From the NCBI GenBank assembly GCA_030390025.1, contig CM059425.1, positions 171,184,001 to 171,248,000 on the forward strand: a stretch of 64,000 bases of DNA, written 5' to 3'. The notes under the pieces were generated by a model. It saw nothing but the letters and a program-made list of their open reading frames with translations. It did no database searches and was not told the origin of the DNA. The DNA comes from Squalus acanthias (Eukaryota). This document shows, piece by piece, positions 12,163 to 25,631 of the stretch (position 1 is its first letter; each line of letters opens with the position of its first letter). Both the position numbers and the translations under genes were made by a program.

Positions 12163-12930
12163 GAGTCAAAAGGGATGATGGTGCAAGGCAAAAGGAGATG
12201 GTAATGGGACAAGTTAAGAAACAAAAGATGACTCTAGATGAAGTGTAAATGGCAATGGCAGGATGATCAACAGCTGCCATGTGAGAGAGAGAAAAAAAAT
12301 GATAGGGGCAGAGGATATGGTCTGAAATTGTTGACTCGATGTTGAGTCCAGAAGGCTAGAAAGTGCCTAATCGAAAGATAAGGTGCTGTTCCTCGAGCCT
12401 ACGTTGAGCTTCATTGGGACAGTGTAAGATGCCGAGGACGGAGAGGTCAGAGTGGGAGTGGGGCGGAGAATTAAAGTGACAGGCGACCGGAAACTCGGAG
12501 TCACCGTTACGGATTGAATGGAGGCGTTCCGCAAAGCGGTCACCCAATCTGCGTTTAGTCTCCCCAATGTAGAGGAGACCGCATCGTGAGCAGCGAATAC
12601 AGTATACTAAATTGCAAAAAGTACAAGTAAATCACTGTTTCACCTGGAAGGAGTGTTTGGGGCCCTGGACAGTGGGAATGGAGGAGGTAAAAGGTCAGGT
12701 GTTGCATCTCCTGCACTTGCACGGGAAGGTGCCGGGCGAAGGGGAAGGGGTGCTAGAGGAGCGGACCAGGGTGTCGCAGAGGGAGCGGTCCCTTCGGAAT
12801 GCTGAAAGGGGAGGTGAGGGGAAGATGTGTTTGGTGGTGGGGTCTCGCTGGAAGTGGCGGAAATGGCGGAGGATGATCCATTGAATGTGGAGGCTGGTGG
12901 GGTGAAAGGTAAGGACAAGGGGAACCCTAT
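12163..12930 (-). mobile_element. Penelope-like element 3' part (GIY-YIG endonuclease, disrupted)
   Basis: DRVPLVLTFHP..FRRDRSL..FPCKCRRCNT..NLVYCIRCSRCGLLYIGETKRRLGDRFAE..PVACHFN..RRLEEQHLIFRLGT. Confidence 0.88.
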
Positions 12931-12934
12931 CTGA

Positions 12935-13121
12935 GGCACGCAGCCTCATTCTAATATTTACATGGCCAACCTGCTTTCTGGGAGCGGGTTGGTCGTCCGC
13001 CCCCTGTCCCACCTCCGGTAAACCTAGAAGTGGGCAGGTTGGGGTCGGGTTTGAGATTTAAAAATTTTTTACATCTCACTCGACCCCAATCCACCCATTT
13101 TTGGGGGTTAAAATTACCCCC
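12935..13121. mobile_element. MITE-like fragment
   Basis: Ends GGGGTTAAAATTACCCC, resembling the GGG..AAAT termini of other MITEs here. Confidence 0.45.
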
Positions 13122-14654
13122 AATGAGTAAGAGTAAGCATGATGTAAAATAAAATAAAAACCATCCTTTTTCAATTGAAGTACTGATAATATAAAGCAAT
13201 GGATAAATTGTGACACAATAAGAAAATAATTTATCAGAGTGTGATATTAAAGTGACGCAACCTCAATTGGTAAGAGTTAAACTGTTCTGAAGCCTCGAAT
13301 CCTACATTTAGTTCCTAATAAAACGAGATTCTAAATAAATTGTCTTGAGTTAGCTGACCTCAGCTGTGGTAGCATTGGGTTAACTTCAGTATCCCTGGGC
13401 TAAAGAGAAAAAAATGGCTAGTTTACTTGCTCTTAATCATTATCAGTTTATTTATAAACTAAAACAAAAAGGGACCAAATTTGCTCACTCCTTTTGCCAA
13501 CCCTGTTTGTCCCTGGATGGTGGTTGGAAACGGAGATTCCAGCAGTGATCATCTGAGATCAGCCCAAAGTGGCACGGGTACCTGCTAGCTTCATGTGAAA
13601 GATGTGCCCTCCCACTGACCCCACATATTCTGGTGGGGTCAGTGCTGGAGGTCACTGGTGGGCACAATCCCAGTATAACTACTGGAATCACAGCCAATGT
13701 AAATTCAGGGCTAAAGTATCCGAGCGTCGTTTTATTTCATTCTTCCTGTGTGCATTTGACAGCAAGCTCTAGAAAAGTACACGGAAGTCTTATTTCACTC
13801 ACATTCAGAGTTTAGTTACTGCAAAATTGTATTTTCCTCATTTTGAAAAAGCTAGAAAATAATCCCATTTCTTATTTTGCTGAAGTAGAAGACCACTTGA
13901 CCTTGAATCCACTGACTGATACTGACAGTAGGGTCATATTTAAAAGTGTGTTCCAGCAGACAGCCAAATATTAGTGGGAGGAAACTGGTAACTCCATCCA
14001 TACTTGGCAACTTTCCATCCTGAGACCTGTCCTGATGAATTGGCCGAAAGGTTAAAGAGCTGAAGGCAGTGTAAGTCAGAGTTGATTTCTGATTTTGCAC
14101 AGTTTCCAGGCCCTTTACAAGGGATTCAGTACATTTCTAAGAATGCCAACCTAAATAATAACTATATATGTGGGTGAATAATGAAATTCATTAAGCAGAG
14201 GATTGTACATCCAGATCATGAAAAACTTCCAGCTTACTGATGAAGGCATTTCTGTTTAAAAAAAATATTTTTTGGCTTGTTGGATCTGCAGTAAAGAGGA
14301 CACCATCACATTTATGGGTTTTACATTAAATATTTTCTCAGGATCTGGACAATGTTCATTCTCGTAAGTGTGCCTCACATCCCCTATGATCCAGAGTGGG
14401 ACTTTTTCGGCCCAATATCTAAGTAACTGAAAGCGAGACCCAGAGATCGTAATATGGAACCATGACTCTGTATACCAGCCACTGGAATGTATCACGTACT
14501 GTCGCGTGATTCTCCTCTTCAAAAACAGGCTGGATATTTTAACTAAACTAAGACAAATATAAAACAGATGATTTTTTTAATTTGTTCTTGACGTGTGGGC
14601 AACACTAGCAAGGTAGCCGTTATTGTCCATGCCTAGCTGCCTTGAAGACATTAT

Positions 14655-15640
14655 AGCCCCGATTTTAACCCCCCACACCCGATGAGAACTGGGCACATGG
14701 AGGTTAAATTCCTTGTAGTGACCTACTTACCCGATCCTCACTGGCCATGTGCTGACCGTCATTTTAACAGGTACTGTCTGGCCAGCCAGTGAGCCTCTCA
14801 CCATGTAGGTGAGCGTTTCATTAAAATTCAAAAATTGGGTTTGATGGCGTCATTCCAATCTTGACTATATTTTAACTGCTCACAGCCCCGTTTGGTGCCT
14901 GGTGCCAGCCTCACCAGGGGCACCAGGTGCAAAGGAGCAGCAGGGCCAGAAGAGGGCCAAAAGGTAAATCATTTTTATTTAAAAGGTTTCCTTGTGGGCT
15001 AGGAAGAGCAGGAGTGCATCTCTGGGACCCACAAGGAAACCTAAGGCTTTCCTCCCTCCACAAACCCCCCACAACTTACCTGACTATTGGGGACCATTCC
15101 CGCAAGTTATATCAAACAGCCATTCAATATTGAGTGGATAGCCAACCTTTGACAATGGCAAAGATGTCTATAATTAAAATAAGGGGTGAATTTTAATTCC
15201 TCCCCCCATTAGAGGTTTGGTGGTTAGAATGGCAGTTATATGAAACCTGAGCCTAACCCGCCGCAAAGGCGCCTACTTATGGTTTAACCACGGCGAGTTT
15301 GGGGGCATCTGAGTAACCCACTCTGCAGACGCGGGTCTGTGATTATAATATTTAAGTGAGACTTTGTTCCTCAGATTTTGGCAGCCATTTAAATTTAACA
15401 CTGGATGGCCGGGTTTCGCAGGATTCGGGATAGGCGGTAGCTAAAGGGAGATGGGAGCAGCCGGATCAGCAGGTAAGTGCTTTTTATAGCATTGCTTATG
15501 GGCCAGGATGAGCAGGAGTACTTCCCCCAACTCCTCAAGTAAACCTGCTGCCGAGATCTGTCTACCTTCCCGCTTTCCTCTGACCCTGCGTGAACCTCAG
15601 ACTCTCCCACGATCTTCAGAACCCCCCCATAAATATCGGG
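14655..15640. mobile_element. Two adjacent decayed MITE-like fragments
   Basis: Starts GCCCCGATTTTAACCCC (~14657) and GGGGTGAATTTTAA (~15182); both share internal GGGCCAGGA..AGCAGGAGT motifs. Confidence 0.45.
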
Positions 15641-15757
15641 ACCAATGGCTCTAGTCAGTTAAACAGTTCACACTTCAGATCAGCCATTGTGTTCGTGTTA
15701 GAAACATTTGGAGATCAACTAGGAACTGACTTTGGCATTTCAAGAGGGTAAAATAAT

Positions 15758-18700
15758 TTTTTTTTTAATTCATTCATGGAATGTGGACGTCACTGGTAAG
15801 GCCAGCATTTATTGCCCATCCCTAATTGCCCTTGAGAAGGTGGTGGTGAGCCACCTTCTTGAACCGCTGCAGTCTGTGTGGTGAAGGTATTCCCATAATG
15901 CTGTTAGGTAGGGAGTTCCAGGATTTTGACCCAACGACGATGAAGGAACGGCGATATACTTCCAAGTCAGGATGGTGTGTGAATTGGAGGTGGTAGTGTT
16001 CCCATGCGCCTGGTGCCCTTGTCCTTCTAGTTGGTAGAGGTCACACGTTTGGGAAGTGCTGTCGAAGAAGCCTTGGTGAGTTGCTACAGTGCATCTTGTA
16101 GATGGTACACACTGCAGCCACGGTACGCCGGTGGTGGAGGGAGTGAATGTTTAAGGTGGTGGATAGGGTGCCCATCAAGCGGGTTGCTTTGTCCTGGATG
16201 GTGTCGAGTTTCTTGAGTGTTGTTGGAGATGCACTCATCCAGGCAAGTGGAGAGTATGCCATCACACTCCTGACTTGTGCCTTGTAGATGGTGGAAAGGC
16301 TTTGGGGAGTCAGGAGGTGAGTCACTCATTGCAGAATACCCAGCCTCTGACTTGCTCTTGTTGCCACAGTATTTATGTGGCTGGTCCAGTTAAGTTTCTG
16401 GTCAATGGTAACCCCCAGGATGTTGATGGGTGTGGGATTTCACAATGGTAATGCCATTGAATGTCAAAGGGAGGTGGTTAGACTTTCTCTTGTTGGAGAT
16501 GGTCATTGCCAGGCACTTGTGTGGAGAGAATATGACTTGTCACTTATCAGCCCAAGCCTGAATGTTGTCCAGATCTTGCTGCATGCGGGCACAGACTGCT
16601 TCATTATCTGAGGAGTTGCGAATGGAACTGAACACTCTGCAATCATTAGCAAACGTCCCCACTTCTGACCTTATGATGGAGGGAAGGTCATTGATGACGC
16701 AGCTGAAGATGTTTGGGCCTCGGACACTGCCCTGAAGAACTCCTGCAGCGATGTCCTGGGGCTGAGATAATTGATCTCCAACAATCACAACCATCTTCCT
16801 TTGTGCTAGGTATGACTCCAGCCAGTGGAGAGTTTCCCCCCCGATTCCCATTGACTTCAGTTTTACTAGGGCTCCTTGATGCCACACTTGGTCAAATGCT
16901 GCCTTGATGTCAAGGGCAGTCGCTCTCACCTCACCTCTGGAATTCAGCTCTTTTGTCCATGTTTGGACCAAGGCTGTAATGACGTCTGGAGCCGAGTGGT
17001 CCTGACGGAACCCAAACTGAGCATCAGTGAGCAGGTTATTGGTGATTAAGTGCCGCTTGATAGCACTGTCGACGACACCTTCCATCACTTTGCTGATGAT
17101 TGGGAGTAGATTGATGGGGCGGTAATTGGATAGATTGGATTTGTCCTGCTTTTTGTGGACAGAACATACCTGGGCAATTTTCCACTCTTTCGGATAGATG
17201 CCGGTGTTGTAGCTGTACTGGAATAGCTTGGCTAGAGGTGTGTCTAGTTCTGGAGCACAAGTTTTCAGTACTACAGCCGGGATGTTGTCGGGGCCCATAG
17301 CCTTTGCTGTATCTCAGGCGCTCAGCCATTTCTTGATATCACATAGAGTGAATCGAATTGGCTGAAGACTTGCTTCTGTGATGGTGGGGACCTCAGGAGG
17401 AGGCCGAGATGAATCATCAACTTGGCACTTCTGGCTGAAGATAGTTGCAAACGCTTCAGCCTTGTCTTTTGCACTCACGTGCTGGGCTCCGCCATCATTG
17501 AGGATGGGGATGTTCATGTAGCCTTCTCCTCTCGTTAGTTGTTTAATTGTCCACAACCATTCACGACTGGATGTGGCAGGACTGCAGAGCTTTGATCTGA
17601 ACCGTTGGTTGTGAGATTGCTTAGCTCTGTCTATAGGATGCTGCTTCAGCTGTCTAGCATGCATGTAGTCCTGTGTTGTAGCTTCCCCAGGTTGGTACCT
17701 CATTTTTAGGTATGCCTGGTGCTGCTCCTGGCATGCTCTTCCACACTCCTCATTGAACCAGGGTTGGTCGCCTGGCTTGATGGTAATGGTAGAGTGAGGG
17801 ATATGCCGGGTAATGAGGTTACAGATTGTGGTGGAGTACAATTCTGCTACTGCTGATGGCCCACAGTGCCTCGTGGATGACCAGTTTTGGGCTGCTAGAT
17901 CTGTTCTGAATCTATCCCATTTAGCACAGTGGTAGTGCCGCACAACACAATGGAGAGTGTCCTCAGTATGAAGACAAGACTTTGTCTCCAAAAGGACTGT
18001 GTGGTGATCACTCCTACCAATACCATCATGGACTGATGCATCTGAGACAGGTAGATTGGTGAGGTCGCGGTCAAGTAGGTTTTCCCCTCGTGTTGGTTTT
18101 CAAACCACCTGCCGCAGGTCCTGTCTGACAGTTATGTCCTTCAGGACACGGCCAGCTCAGTCAGTAGTGGTGCTACCGAGCCACTCTTGGTGATGGACAT
18201 TGAAGTTCCCCACCCAGAATACATTCTGTGCCCTTGCTACCCTCAGTGCTTCTTCCAAGTGGCGTTCAATGTGGAAGAGTACTGATTCATCAGCTGAGGG
18301 AAGGTGGTAGGTGGTAATGAGCAGGAGTTTTCCTTGCCCATGTTTGACCTGATGCCATGAGACCTCATGGGGTCCAGAGTCAATGCTGAGAACTCCCAGT
18401 GCCACTCCCGCCTGACTTTATACCACAGTGCTGCTACCTCTTCTGGCTGATCTTCTACCTCATCTCCACTTTCCTGCACTATCCCCATATCCCTTGATTC
18501 CCTTAATATTCAAAAATCTATCTATCTCAGCCTTGAATATACTAAAAGACTCAGCATTCACAGCCCTCTGGGGCAGAGAATTCCAAAGATTCACAACCCT
18601 CTGAGTGAAGAAATTCCTCCTCATCTCGGTCTTAAATGGCCTACCCCTTATCTTGAGACTATGCCCCCTAGTTCTAGACACTCCAGCCAGGGGAAACAAC

Positions 18701-21700
18701 CTCTCAGCATTTACCTTGCCAATCCCCTTCAGAATCTTGTATGTTTCAATGAGATCACCTCTCATTCTTCTAAACTTCAGAGAGTATAGGCCCATTCTAC
18801 ATAATCTCTCATCATAGGCCAGCCCTCTCATCCCAGGAATCAATCTAGTGAACCTTCGTTGCACCGCCTCAAAGGCAAGTATATCCTTCCTTAGATAAGG
18901 AGACCAAAACTGTGCACAGTACTCCAGGTGTGGTCTCACCAAGACCCTGTACAATTGTAGCAAGACTTCCTTACTCATATACTCCAACCCCCCTTGCAAT
19001 AAAGGCCAACAGGTCATTTGCCTTCCTTATTGCTTGCTGTACCTGCATGCTAGCTTTCTGTATTTCTTGTACGAGGACACCCAAATGTCTCTGAACACCA
19101 GCATTTGAAAGTTTCTCACCATTTAAAAAAATTCTGTTTTTCTATTCTTCCTACCAAAGTGAATAACCTCACATTTCCCTACATTATACTTCATCTGCCA
19201 CCTTACTGCCCACTCACTTAGTCTATCTATATCCCTTTGCAGACTCTTTGTGTCCTCCTCACAGTTTACTGTCGCACCTAGCTTTGTATCGTCAGCAAAG
19301 TTGAATACATTATACTCGGTTCCTTCATCTACGTCATTAATATAGATTGTAAATAGCTGAGGCCCCAACACTAATCCTTGCGGCACCCCACTAGTTACAG
19401 CTTGCCAACCTGAAAAAGATCCGTTTATCCCTACTCTCTGTTTTCTGTCCATTAACCAATCCTCTATCCATGCTACTATATTACCTCCAACCCCATGAGC
19501 CCTAATCGTGTGTAATAACCTTTTATGTGGCACCTTATCAAACGCCTTTTGGAAATCCAACTATACTACATCCACTGGTTCCTCTTTATCTACCCTGCTA
19601 GTTACATCCTCAAAAAACTCTAATAAATTTGTCAAACACAATTTCCCTGTCATAAAACCATGTTGACTCTGCCTAATCATGTTATGATTTTCTAAGTGCC
19701 CTGATACCACTTCCTTAACAATGAATTCCAGCATTTTCCCAATGACTGATGTCAGGCTATTTGGCCTGTAGTTCCCTGTTTTCTCTGTCCCTCCTTTCTT
19801 GAATAGCGGTGTTACATTTGCAACCTTCCAATCCGCTAGGACCGTTCTAGAATCTAGGGAATTTTGGAAGGTCAAAACCAATGCATCCACTATCTCTTCA
19901 GCTACCTCTTTTAGAACCCTAGGATGTAGGCCGTCAGGTCCAGGGGATTTGTCAGCTTTTAGTCCCACTAGTTTCTCTAGTACTTTTTCTCTACTTATAT
20001 TAATTACGTTAAGTTCCTCACCCTCATTAGACCCTTGGTTCCCCACCATTTTTGGTATGCTTTTTGTGCTTATCTACTGCCATACCTTTTAATTTATTTT
20101 TCCAATCTACCTTAGCCAACTCATCCCTCATACCTATGTAATTGGCTTTATTTAAGTTTAAGACTCTAGTTTTGGACTTAGGCATGTCACTCTCAAGCTT
20201 AATGCGAAATGCCATCATATTATGATCACTCTTCCCCAGAGGATCCTTTACTATGAGATTGCTAATTAACCCTGTCTCATTACACAATACAAGATCTAAA
20301 ATAGCCTATTCCCTGGTTGGTTCCATGAAGTATTGTTCTAGGAAACTGTCCTGAATGCATTCCATGAACTCATCCTCCAGACTACCTTTGCCAATTTGAT
20401 TTGTCCAGTCTATATGAAAATTGAAGTCCCCCACGATTATTGCATTACCTTTGTTACAATCTCCTACTATTTCTTGATTAATATTCTGTCCAATGGTATA
20501 GCTACTGTTAGGGGGGCCTATATAGTACACCCACCAGTGTTTTCTGCCCCTTGTTATTCCTTATCTCCACCCATACTGATTCTACTTCCTGATCTTCTGA
20601 GCTGAGATCCTTTCTCTCTACTGTCCTTATGTCATCCTTTATTATCAGGGCTACTTCCCCTCCTTTTCCATTCTGCCTGCCTTTTCAAAACGTCAAGTAC
20701 CCTGGAACATTTAGTTCCCAACCTTGGTCACCTTGCAGCCACGTCTCTGTAATGGCTATTAGATCAAACCCATTTATCTCTATTTGTGCCACTAGTTCAT
20801 CTATCTTGTTACGAATGTTTCGTGCATTCAGATAAAGAGCCTTTAATTTAATTTTTTTACCATTATTCCCTGCTTTGACTTTATTCTCTGCTGCACTGCT
20901 ACCGTTAAACTCTCTGTCCCTTCCTGTCACACTCTGCTTATTTTTACCCAAATCGCTACACTGCTCTATTGCCTTGACCTTTCTCTTTAGATTTCTAAAT
21001 TTCCCCTCACCTGACCCTTCCCCGCCCTTTTTTAGTTTAAAGCCGTATCTACAGCCCTAGTTATTCGATTTGCCAGGACGCTGGTCCCAGCCCGGTTTAA
21101 GTTGAGCCCGTCCCGATGGAACAGCTCCCTCTTTTCCCAGTACTGGTGCCAGTACCCCATGAATTGAAACCCCTTCTTCCCACACCACTCTTTGAGCCAC
21201 GCATTTAACTCTCTGATCTGCTTGACCCTATGCCAATTTGCACGTGGCTCAGGTAGTAATCCAGCGATTATTACCCTTGAGGTTCTGCTTATTAATTTAG
21301 ACCCTAGCTCCTCAAACTCCCTCAGCAGAATGTCATTCTTAGTTCTACCTATGTCGTTGGTTCCTACATGGACCACGACAACTGGATCCTTCCCCTCTCA
21401 CTCTAAGTTCTTCTCCAGCCACGAGGAGATATCCTTAACCCTGGCACCGGGCAGGCATCACAGCCTTCGGGACTCTCTTTTGTGGCTGCAAAGGACAGTA
21501 TCTATCACTCTGGCTATACTGTCCCCTACTTACCACATTCCTTCCTTTTCCCCCCACTTGGATGGCCCCCTGTACCACAGTGCCGGTGGGACAGGACATA
21601 CCCAGGGATGGTGATGAAGGAGCCTGGGACATTGGCTGAAAGGTATGATTCCGTGAGTATGACTATGTCAGGCCGTTGTGTGAGTAGTCTGTGGGACATC

Positions 21701-21985
21701 TCTCCCGATTTTGACACAAGGCCCCAGATGTTAGTGAGGAGGACTTTGCAGGGTCGAGTGGGCTGGGTGTGCCTTTGTCATGTCCGAATCTGATGCCTAG
21801 GTCAATGCTGGGGGGTCCGTCCAGTTTTATTCTTATTATAGTTTTTCGTAGTGGTTTTGCTAGGCCATTTCAGAGGGCAGTTAAGAGTCAACCACGTTGC
21901 TGTGGGTTTGGAGTCACATATAGGCCAGACCGGGTAAGGACAGCGGATTTCCTTCCCTAAAGGGCATTAGTGAATTAGCAAATAC
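15758..21985 (-). mobile_element. CR1/L2-group LINE family B copy 1 (APE+RT), interrupted by a CR1
   Basis: ORFs 21526-21717 (PDIVILTESYL), 18157-18405 (VGNFNVHH), 17314-17991, 16540-17298 (GPDNIP..NYRPINLL..LDIKAAFDQVWH..QGSVRGP) and 16041-16325; poly(A) at ~15758-15766. Confidence 0.9.
18444..21582 (-). mobile_element. CR1 LINE (ORF1 SGNH-esterase C-half plus frameshifted ORF2) nested in LINE B
   Basis: ORF1 VHVGTNDIG..DGLNLN (21032-21376); ORF2 pieces 20951-18460 with YLNARNI, GDFN, SDHN, PQGLVLGP, FADDTK. Confidence 0.93.
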
Positions 21986-22444
21986 TTATATATTTGAAAA
22001 ACTAATGGTTGGGGGGAAATTGATATATCATGATTATGTTGACATAATTATCGGTAGATTTATAAATGGTCAAATGAATACCTTTGGAAGATAGAAAGCG
22101 GTTAATAGTTCCCAAAACAGTTATGAAATCGTTAGGAGAAAAGTCATAATTATAGGATTTCCAAATAAACAAACTAATTGTGGGAAGAGTTGCACAGAAA
22201 AATCTTGTTGCTTTTTTACTGCTCATATCTGCATTGAGTATTTTAGAATGGATGGGTCGGGCTACATATGGTAGTATAGACTACAACAGATAAAATTGTC
22301 TGAGCTATCAAATATCCAGGAACTTCTCTTGTTTGCTGTAACTTTACTCCAAGTACCCAATAGTTTTACAATGTCCCCACAAGGATGCTTTGTGGAGCAT
22401 CTCTTGTTTCATAATAATTGTTAACAACTCCAAACTTTAAAAGA

Positions 22445-22855
22445 CTTGCATTTATATAGCGCCTTTCACAACCACTTGACGTCCCAAAGCATTTTACAGC
22501 CAATGAAGTACTTTTTGAAGTGTAGTCACTGTTGTAATGTAGGAAACATGGCAGCCAATTTGCACACAGCAAGCTCCCACAAACAGCAATGTGATAATGA
22601 CCAGATAATCAGTTTTATTGATGTCAATTGGGGATATATATTAGCCAGGACACTGGGGATAACTCCCCTGCTCTTCTTTGAAATAGTGCCATGGGATCTT
22701 TTACATGCACCTGAGAGGGCTGACAAGGCCTCGGTTTAACATCCCCTCTGAAAGCACTCCCTCAGTACTGCACCGGAGTGTCAGCCTAGACTATTTTGCT
22801 CAAGTCTCTTCTGACTAAGAGGCGTGAGTGCTACCAACTGAGCCACAGCTGACAC
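22445..22855 (-). mobile_element. tRNA-derived SINE with Deu-like core and L2-type tail
   Basis: A-box TGGCTCAGTTGG at the head; core CCTCGGTTTAAC..GCACTCCCTCAGTACTGCAC recognised as Deu-domain-like; tail GAAAGGCGCTATATAAATGCAAG. Confidence 0.72.
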
Positions 22856-23106
22856 CAGTAGTCTTTAAAGGATTAGCATCTTCATGTTTTATGTTCTGAG
22901 GTATATATGATTAGAGTGGAATTCATAAACAATTCTAATGTCATTAGTTATCAAACATCAAATGTAGAATTGATGAGTAACTTTGGTGGCAGATGCTTTT
23001 GATTATGGCATCTGCTGAGTGATAACAATCTGGATATGATAGAAACAATTTGTTTGTGTAAGTGGAGCACAGGATTTACCTGGTTCGGATTGTTTTAAAT
23101 TGGATG

Positions 23107-23925
23107 GTCTGCCCTTGTAGCATAGTATGGCTTGTATTAATTTAAGGTCATGTCATTTGAGCTTAAAATGCCTTGGTGAGATTTGAAAGATTAATGGAAT
23201 AGTTCTTAAGGGTCTTAGAGGAGACAACTGTTAAGTCTGTTTGGTTGCTATTATTTTCTCCAAATTTTGAACAGCAGGATTTAAAACAAATCAAGGAGAA
23301 GGAAAACTTTATATTTGTATTACAACATTGCTGAAGACTTCAAAAGGCAGAGGTTTTGTTGGATCAGTTTCTTACAGTTTCTTGCTTTGTCCAAAACGGT
23401 CAGGTAAGTCCTATTTATTGATATTGGAAATATCAGCAAAACTTGCTTCTCACAGCCTGAGTGCTGCAAAAAGAGAAACGGCACAAAATTGTCTCAAAAA
23501 GGAAGACCCCCTAGGTTACCTTGGGAATTATTTATCAATTGTTTAATTCCTGAGGGAAGTGGAACTGCTGGACTTTTTGTTGATTATATTCTGCTTAATG
23601 CTAAAACTGAGTGAGGTGTATGTCCATTAACCACCATCCATGAAACTCTAGATCCTCTTAGTGTATCTTAATGCTTCACTTCACTGGGCCTTAATAGTAA
23701 CTATTGGCAAGTGGAGCTGGATCCAATAAGCAAGGTAGAGTCTGCCCTTGTAGCATAGTATGGCTTGTATTAATTTAAGGTCATGTCATTTGAGCTTAAA
23801 ATGCCTTGGTGAGATTTGAAAGATTAATGGAATAGTTCTTAAGGGTCTTAGAGGAGACAACTGTTAAGTCTGTTTGGCTGCTATTATTTTCTCCAAATTT
23901 TGAACAGCAGGATTTAAAACAAATC
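23107..23925 (+). repeat. 186-bp direct repeat (23107-23292 and 23740-23925)
   Basis: Copies are identical by eye except GGTTGCTA vs GGCTGCTA. Confidence 0.92.
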
Positions 23926-24490
23926 CCTGCAACAATAAAATATACTCGCAGCTGCTTCTTAGAAGCTGTATAAAATTGCTGTACAGATGCTGTATTACCT
24001 CTGAATTTTTCTTGAAGTCTCTGAAAATAAAGTAATAAAAAGAGATTCTTGGATAATAGGATGATATTACAGCTCTGTGCCAGGCATCTTGGTAATTGTA
24101 CAACCCCTGAACATACTGAAGAAAAATGTCTGACTTGAAAGTGGACCCAAGGGGATGACAATACTTTTGAGGTCCTTGAAAGTGAATTAATTGAGAACTT
24201 CGGTACTGGGACATCCTGATTATAACCAGCCTTTTGTCATTCAGATTGATGCTGGTACGTGTGATTTGGGAGATGTTCTCTGGCAGGATCAGAATAATTA
24301 GGAGAAGATTTTAACTTACGTTAGTAGGGCATTAACCACCTCAGAATAAGATTACACGACAACAGTGGAAATGCCGTTGCTGTTACTGTGAGCATTAGAA
24401 AAGTGGCCTTCATTTGTATAGTTAGTATCTTTCACTAGTCATAGACCATAATTTATTGTTCTGGTATAATCAACATAAATAAAATACACT
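23510..24490 (+). mobile_element. Decayed Gypsy/Ty3 LTR-retrotransposon pol remnant (RT + RNase H)
   Basis: Manual translation: GSGTAGLFVDYILLNAKT; YWQVELDPISKVESALVA*YGLY*FKVMSFELK..RFERLME; HPDYNQPFVIQIDAG..LGDVLWQ..LTYVSRALTTSE*DYTTT. Confidence 0.8.
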
Positions 24491-24499
24491 GGACTTTAT

Positions 24500-24676
24500 G
24501 GGGGTAAATGTCCACGGCAGTTATCCTGCTCGTCAACTGTAACGTCGGCTATAGAATTGCAGAAACCTCGTAAAAAAAACTGTGAACGGCGTTCAAACCA
24601 TTTTTCCGGGGTTTTCGCAGCTCTTCCGGTGAGGTTACAGCGGACGAACAAGAGAACCCCCATGGAAATTGGCTCC
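24500..24676. mobile_element. Short fold-back MITE
   Basis: Arms CTCGTC..CTGTAAC..GAAACC..AAAAAA..TGAAC pair with GTTCA..TTTTT..GGTTTT..GTTACAG..GACGAA. Confidence 0.55.
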
Positions 24677-25631
24677 GATGTCTACGGGAATTTTAACTCT
24701 TGATGGAACATCACAAAACACTGCACAGCTAATAAAGTGCTGGATGGATTATTGTTTTATTAACTGTGCAGGTAGCCCAAGGTTTTGGTTGTAGCCCCAT
24801 TGGGTCAGAATGAGCCTTTTGGGGGGAATTATAGTTTCCTTGGATAGGGCAAGATTTGTTATACACAAGAAAAAAGTCGCGAAACATTTCTTTTAAGGTT
24901 TTAGAAGGGGGGTGGGGAGACTGTGTTGGAAGTTTAATGAAGCTCCAGAAATATGTGGATCGATTTTTGTATATCGCGTAAATCAGCCGCGATGTCCGCT
25001 GCGCCTGCTCAATGGTGTCAGCAAGAGGCTCGATACATTTCCTCTGTGCCATAATATTGGTCTTCCTTTCTGTTGTATATACGGGGTTAAAAGTCAGATT
25101 CTCTTCCAGACAATGGCCCACCTTGGTTTGATATGCACGGGGATCGTGATGCACAATTAACTTGTGCCTGTTGAGTGAAATGCAAGCAGCACACCAACTC
25201 TGTGCTGCCTGATCTGATTTCTCCATGCTGTTAATGGGCTGCACACATCAGCAGGAGGCCCAATATCATGAGTTGCTGAAGCTAGCCTGCACTACTCACA
25301 CACTTAGCACTGTTGCAAACCTCAAACCACATCTCACAACTCGCACACACTGCCAGCGAGTCAACCGTGACAGCCACATCAACCAAGCAGATTGCACCAC
25401 ACTCACTGGCACACTTCCCTCTCTCTTGCAGGAGAAGGTGGCGCACAACGGAGGCAGCAGGAATTAACCGGAGGGGGAGAGGAGCGCCTGCAAGTCCTAA
25501 ACTCCATGAAGGAGACGATGTTGGCCATTATGGGAAGGGCCACTGCTGAGGCGAGCAAAGCAATGTTTAGATAAAATCTTTCCTTTTTAATACCTAATTT
25601 ATTTATAGGCTCTGTTCAGGTAAAAGTGTTT

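Noticed and set aside
14256..14522. 88-aa minus-strand ORF in apparently unique DNA
   Set aside because: No recognisable homology, ATG or exon boundaries.
22810..22855. tRNA gene
   Set aside because: A-box only, continuing into a SINE body; no cloverleaf.
23107..23925. LTR pair of the Gypsy element
   Set aside because: The repeat is RT-coding sequence without TG..CA ends.
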